Assembly (NCBI GenBank): GCA_038845265.1
Contig: JAWBQR010000002.1
Coordinates: 32,001-96,000 of the forward strand
Source: Nitrososphaerota archaeon
Lineage (GTDB): Archaea; Thermoproteota; Nitrososphaeria_A; Caldarchaeales; Calditenuaceae
DNA length: 64,000 nt
Direction: 5' to 3'
Shown piece after piece: positions 60,045 through 64,000 of the stretch. The notes under the pieces are model-generated. The model had not been told where the DNA came from. It saw only the letters and a list, made by a program, of their open reading frames with translations, and did no database searches. Made by a program: the position numbers and the translations under genes. Each line of letters starts with the position of its first letter. Within the stretch, counting starts at the first letter, position 1.

Positions 60045-61127
60045 ATGGCAAGTAAAGTTAGGATTCGGGACCTGACAAAGCGTTTCGGGAATACAATTGC
60101 TGTTAACAAACTAAATCTCGAGATTAGGGCAGGGGAATTTGTTTGTTTTCTGGGCCCATCAGGGTGCGGCAAGACTACTACTTTACGATGCATCGCGGGA
60201 TTAGAGAGGCAAGACGAAGGAGATATCTACATCGATGATGATCTCGTGAATGATCTCTCGCCAGCAGAAAGAGACATCGCAATGGTCTTTCAGTTTCCAG
60301 TCGTTTATCCTGCTACTACTGTAAAGGATAATTTAGAATTTCCCCTTAAACAAAGAAGACTTCCCAAAGATGAAATTAGGAAAAGAGTTAATGAAATCGC
60401 AAAAGCTTTGAGAATAGAGCATGTATTAAATAGGGTTGCTTCTGATCTAAACATAGGTGAGAAGCAGCGGGTAGCTATTGGGAGAGCAATTATTAGGAGT
60501 CCTAAGGTTTTATTGCTAGATGAAGCTCTTACAAATCTTGATACCGAGATGAAGCTTTCAATGATAGCTGAGTTAAAAAGAATACATGAGGAGTTTAATC
60601 AAACAATTGTTTACGTTACTCATGACCAATCGGAGGCAATGATGATGGCTGATAGAATAGCCGTTATGAATCTTGGGGTTTTACAGCAATATGATACTCC
60701 AGAAGAGCTATACTCCTCGCCTAGAAACCTTTTTGTGGCTGGGTTTATTGGTAGCCCGCCCATGAACCTCATAAATGCAAAATATATCCCTGAGAAATCA
60801 GTCGTACAGATAAATAACTTCTATATAGATGTCTCAAATTACAGAGAAATAATTGATAAAAAGATTTCTTCTAATGAGCTTGTCTTAGGATTTAGACCGG
60901 AATATGCAGTAATTCATAAAGTGTGCCAGAGTAGCGATCATTTGAAGGGTGAAGTTGAGATAGTGGAACTCCTTGAGGACCGTCTATCTCTTGACATAAG
61001 GTTAACTGATCAGATAATCAAAGTATTAGTCCCCGGGACCTATGATATGAGTATCGGTGATCAAGTATGCGTAGAGCTTAATAAGTTCCATTTATTTGAT
61101 GAAAAAACAGGGGAGACTATATTGTAG
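60045..61127 (+). CDS. MalK-type ABC ATPase with degenerate signature
   Basis: GPSGCGKT, MVFQ, LNIGEKQR, LLDE, VTHD. Confidence 0.9.
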   Translation: MASKVRIRDLTKRFGNTIAVNKLNLEIRAGEFVCFLGPSGCGKTTTLRCIAGLERQDEGDIYIDDDLVNDLSPAERDIAMVFQFPVVYPATTVKDNLEFPLKQRRLPKDEIRKRVNEIAKALRIEHVLNRVASDLNIGEKQRVAIGRAIIRSPKVLLLDEALTNLDTEMKLSMIAELKRIHEEFNQTIVYVTHDQSEAMMMADRIAVMNLGVLQQYDTPEELYSSPRNLFVAGFIGSPPMNLINAKYIPEKSVVQINNFYIDVSNYREIIDKKISSNELVLGFRPEYAVIHKVCQSSDHLKGEVEIVELLEDRLSLDIRLTDQIIKVLVPGTYDMSIGDQVCVELNKFHLFDEKTGETIL

Positions 61128-61137
61128 GTGATCGATT

Positions 61138-62220
61138 ATGCCTGAAATTTATCTTGAAAATATTACCAAGCGATATGGAAAGTATGTTGCGATAAATAAT
61201 TTAACATTGAAGATAAATGACAAGGAATTCTTGGGCCTCTTAGGGCCTCCTGGAGCAGGTAAAAGTACACTCCTAAAACTAATTGCCGGGTTAGAGAAGC
61301 CAGATAGCGGGAACATCTACATAGATGGAAAAATTGTAAATGATGTCCCGCCATTAGAGAGAGGTGTCGCTATGATGTTTGAGACACTTGCATTATACCC
61401 ACATATGACGATATATGATAACCTGGCTTTCCCACTTAGAAAAATGAACCTGAGTGAAGAAGAAATAAGAATGAGAGTCCGCGAGACGGCTGAACTATTA
61501 AGAATAGATCATCTACTTGATAGAAAACCTGCGCAGCTCAGCGGGGGAGAGAGGCAGAGAGTAGCACTAGGAAGAGCATTAACCAAAAAGTCAAAAATAT
61601 TATTACTTGATGAGCCTCTAGGACACTTGGACGCCAAGCTCAGGGTATATGCGAGAGTAGAGATCAGAAAGATTCAGAAAATGTTACAACAGACAGCAGT
61701 AATGTCGACATTTAGTGTGTTTGACGCCGCAACAATATCAGATAGGATTGCACTGATGAATAATGGTCAGGTGCTTCAGGTAGATAGTCCAAGAAATATT
61801 TTTGAAAAGCCAAGAAATATATTTGTTGCAAAATGTGTCAGTTCGCTTCCACTAAACCTGATACCATGTAGAGTGGATAAAAAGCAAGATAAAATATTCT
61901 TGTCATCAGGTGGATTTATGCTAGATGTGACAAGAATATCGGATACATTGTTAGATAAAATTGGACAAAAAATAATTTTAGGAATTAGGCCTTCAGTTAT
62001 ATCTATAAAGGACATGCCTCCTGGCATTGAATCGGTAGTAGATACGGTTGAACCAATGGGTTCAGAAAACGTCCTAAAGATAAATGCAAATGGGATCGAC
62101 ATGTTTGTCAAGGCTCCTTCATCTCGAATCTATAGACGTGGAGAAAAAATATGGATGGAGCCTATGCTGGAGAGGATCTATATATTTGATGAAAACGAAG
62201 AATTAATTTATCCTAAATAA
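61138..62220 (+). CDS. MalK-type ABC ATPase with degenerate Q- and H-loops
   Basis: GPPGAGKS, MMFE, LSGGERQR, LLDEP, MSTFS. Confidence 0.9.
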   Translation: MPEIYLENITKRYGKYVAINNLTLKINDKEFLGLLGPPGAGKSTLLKLIAGLEKPDSGNIYIDGKIVNDVPPLERGVAMMFETLALYPHMTIYDNLAFPLRKMNLSEEEIRMRVRETAELLRIDHLLDRKPAQLSGGERQRVALGRALTKKSKILLLDEPLGHLDAKLRVYARVEIRKIQKMLQQTAVMSTFSVFDAATISDRIALMNNGQVLQVDSPRNIFEKPRNIFVAKCVSSLPLNLIPCRVDKKQDKIFLSSGGFMLDVTRISDTLLDKIGQKIILGIRPSVISIKDMPPGIESVVDTVEPMGSENVLKINANGIDMFVKAPSSRIYRRGEKIWMEPMLERIYIFDENEELIYPK

Positions 62221-62227
62221 TTCATCT

Positions 62228-63238
62228 CTACTTTGGTTTTACGGGTTTTCCAGTTTTAGCTGACTCATAACTGGCGACTGTGATAGCTACTCCCTGTCTG
62301 CCATCTATTCCTGAGGCGACCGGTTCTTTATCATTTACTATGCATTCTATGAAGCTTCTAATCATTTCTTGGTCGCAGTCACATCCATAATAATGCCATG
62401 TTAGTTTGTCGTTTGGTTTTTCTGAACCTATGTATGAGATATTCTGCCTGAAGGCGTCAAGTATGAGGACTCCTTCAGTTCCTAATACTTCCATAGTTAC
62501 ATCTCCCCAAGTGTACAGCCCAGCGGCGTATGACCAGCTCCCATCAATATGTCCAATGGCTCCGTTCTCCATTATTAAAGTAGTTAAGAAATTATCCTCA
62601 ACACTGATGTTCATATTGACATTTTTTCCAATCTCTGTATAAACGGTTGCGGCTTCACTCTTAGTATACCACCTAATTAGATCTGCAAGGTGGACAGTAT
62701 GATCCATTACAGCGCCACCTCCAGAGAGTTTTTGGTCAGTAAACCATCGTCTTAATAGTGGTAGGCTAGAATTAAGCTTATTTGTACCGATTAATGCTAC
62801 AACTTTTCCAATTCTCCCTTCATCTATGAGGTTCTTTACCAGAATTGATGTCGAGTGGTATCTCATGACGAAACATGTCTGGAACTTTACTCCTCTTTTC
62901 TCAGCCTTCTTAATCATGTCGTCAGCATCTTCCACAGTGGTTGCTATTGGCTTCTCGCAGAGTATGTGTTTTCCAGCCTCGGCGGCCTTTATAGAGAGAT
63001 CGTGATGCTTAACATTCTCGGCAGTAATGATGACTGCATCAATATCATCCCTCCTCAACAATTGATCTATATTCTTGTAGTAATCTATGTTAAATTTCTT
63101 AGAGAATTCACTTCCTAAGGAATCATCCTCTTCATAAACAGCAATTATTTCGCCGTTTGGCAACTTTTTAATTGCATTGGCATAATTATCGGCGTGGAAA
63201 TGCGCAACACCCAAAAAACCAAATCTGACTTTTTTCAT
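62228..63238 (-). CDS. Gfo/Idh/MocA oxidoreductase
   Basis: GVAHFH, GKHILCEKP, SGGGA..DH.VH..D. Confidence 0.9.
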   Translation of the reverse strand: MKKVRFGFLGVAHFHADNYANAIKKLPNGEIIAVYEEDDSLGSEFSKKFNIDYYKNIDQLLRRDDIDAVIITAENVKHHDLSIKAAEAGKHILCEKPIATTVEDADDMIKKAEKRGVKFQTCFVMRYHSTSILVKNLIDEGRIGKVVALIGTNKLNSSLPLLRRWFTDQKLSGGGAVMDHTVHLADLIRWYTKSEAATVYTEIGKNVNMNISVEDNFLTTLIMENGAIGHIDGSWSYAAGLYTWGDVTMEVLGTEGVLILDAFRQNISYIGSEKPNDKLTWHYYGCDCDQEMIRSFIECIVNDKEPVASGIDGRQGVAITVASYESAKTGKPVKPK

Positions 63239-63241
63239 TTA

Positions 63242-64000
63242 TTACCCCTCCTTTATTGGAAGATAAATCGGCGTATTTAACTCGGACGATTTAAGAGCAG
63301 CAATACAGACCTCTAGGCTCCGACGAGCTACCACTCCATCAGTCATTGGAGTCCTATCTTCTTTAATGCATTCGACGAAGTGCTTCAACTCTCTGTAAAA
63401 CGGATCGACTGGGAATGGATGGACAGCAGGTCTCCACGGAAGTGTCTCTGGAGAGAATCCACTAATCGACTCATTTGTTATAAGTTTGACAGGAACTGGT
63501 GATTGATTATCAAGTGTAATCATTCCTTTTGTACCATCAACCTCAAACTTCATTGTGAATGGGTGCATCTTCGGCAACGCCCAGTTAGCCTCTACTAATG
63601 CAGTACCGCCATCTTCAAATCTCAGATTAATTAGAGCAAAATCCTCTGCAGAAATGTCTTTGTGGACCAGCCTATTAATTATGGCGTAGACTCTTTCAAC
63701 TCTTTTATTAAAGACCCACATCAAATAATCAACATCATGTATAGCTAAGTCAATCGCTACTCCACCGCTTTGTGTCTTGTCTAAGAACCATGGACTCCAC
63801 TCCGGTATTGGTCCTCCCCTAAAAGTCCTAGCAATTACCGGCTCACCGATCATTCCCTGATCAATCAGTTCTTTCGCCTTCATGTATTCGGGGAAAAATC
63901 TTAACACATGTCCAACCATCAATTTGACTTTATTTTTCTTAGCTGTCTCTATTATTGCATCTGCGTCTTTGAGAGATAGCGCTATTGGTTTTTCCAGAAA
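63242..64000 (-). CDS. Gfo/Idh/MocA oxidoreductase (N-terminus outside window)
   Basis: Frame open to the window edge: LEKPIAL...MVGHVLRF, SGG..IDL.IHD.D. Confidence 0.88.
   Translation of the reverse strand, partial: FLEKPIALSLKDADAIIETAKKNKVKLMVGHVLRFFPEYMKAKELIDQGMIGEPVIARTFRGGPIPEWSPWFLDKTQSGGVAIDLAIHDVDYLMWVFNKRVERVYAIINRLVHKDISAEDFALINLRFEDGGTALVEANWALPKMHPFTMKFEVDGTKGMITLDNQSPVPVKLITNESISGFSPETLPWRPAVHPFPVDPFYRELKHFVECIKEDRTPMTDGVVARRSLEVCIAALKSSELNTPIYLPIKEG

Noticed and set aside
1-64000. CRISPR arrays, IS elements and the many short antisense ORFs in the track
   Set aside because: No regularly spaced repeats or transposases seen; the short ORFs are shadows of well-supported genes.

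Overview
Gene-dense archaeal chromosome segment. Markers such as FBP aldolase/phosphatase, archaeal SAM synthetase, NucS, Rio2, Csl4-Rpo11-TFS, MptA/MptE, a histone and a BHB-intron tRNA fit a thermophilic TACK/Thermoproteota lineage; Caldarchaeales/'Aigarchaeota' is my inference. Housekeeping genes alternate with catabolic blocks. The strongest candidate for an undescribed system is 11.6-22.7 kb: carbamate kinase, two atypical carbamoyltransferases, two fold-II PLP enzymes, hydantoin racemase, an L-hydantoinase/allantoinase-like enzyme and a dedicated ECF transporter with a 39-aa micro membrane protein. This looks like an ATP-yielding (phosphorolytic) hydantoin/ureide degradation pathway. Items missed by the ORF track: a 58-aa face-to-face-type histone, a 24-aa Lys/Ser peptide, a tRNA-Gln with two introns, tRNA-Arg(CCG), and a ~1.4 kb G/T-skewed tract that keeps its polarity across two divergent genes. 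I saw no integrase, transposase or CRISPR array. All family calls are from motif recognition, not database searches.
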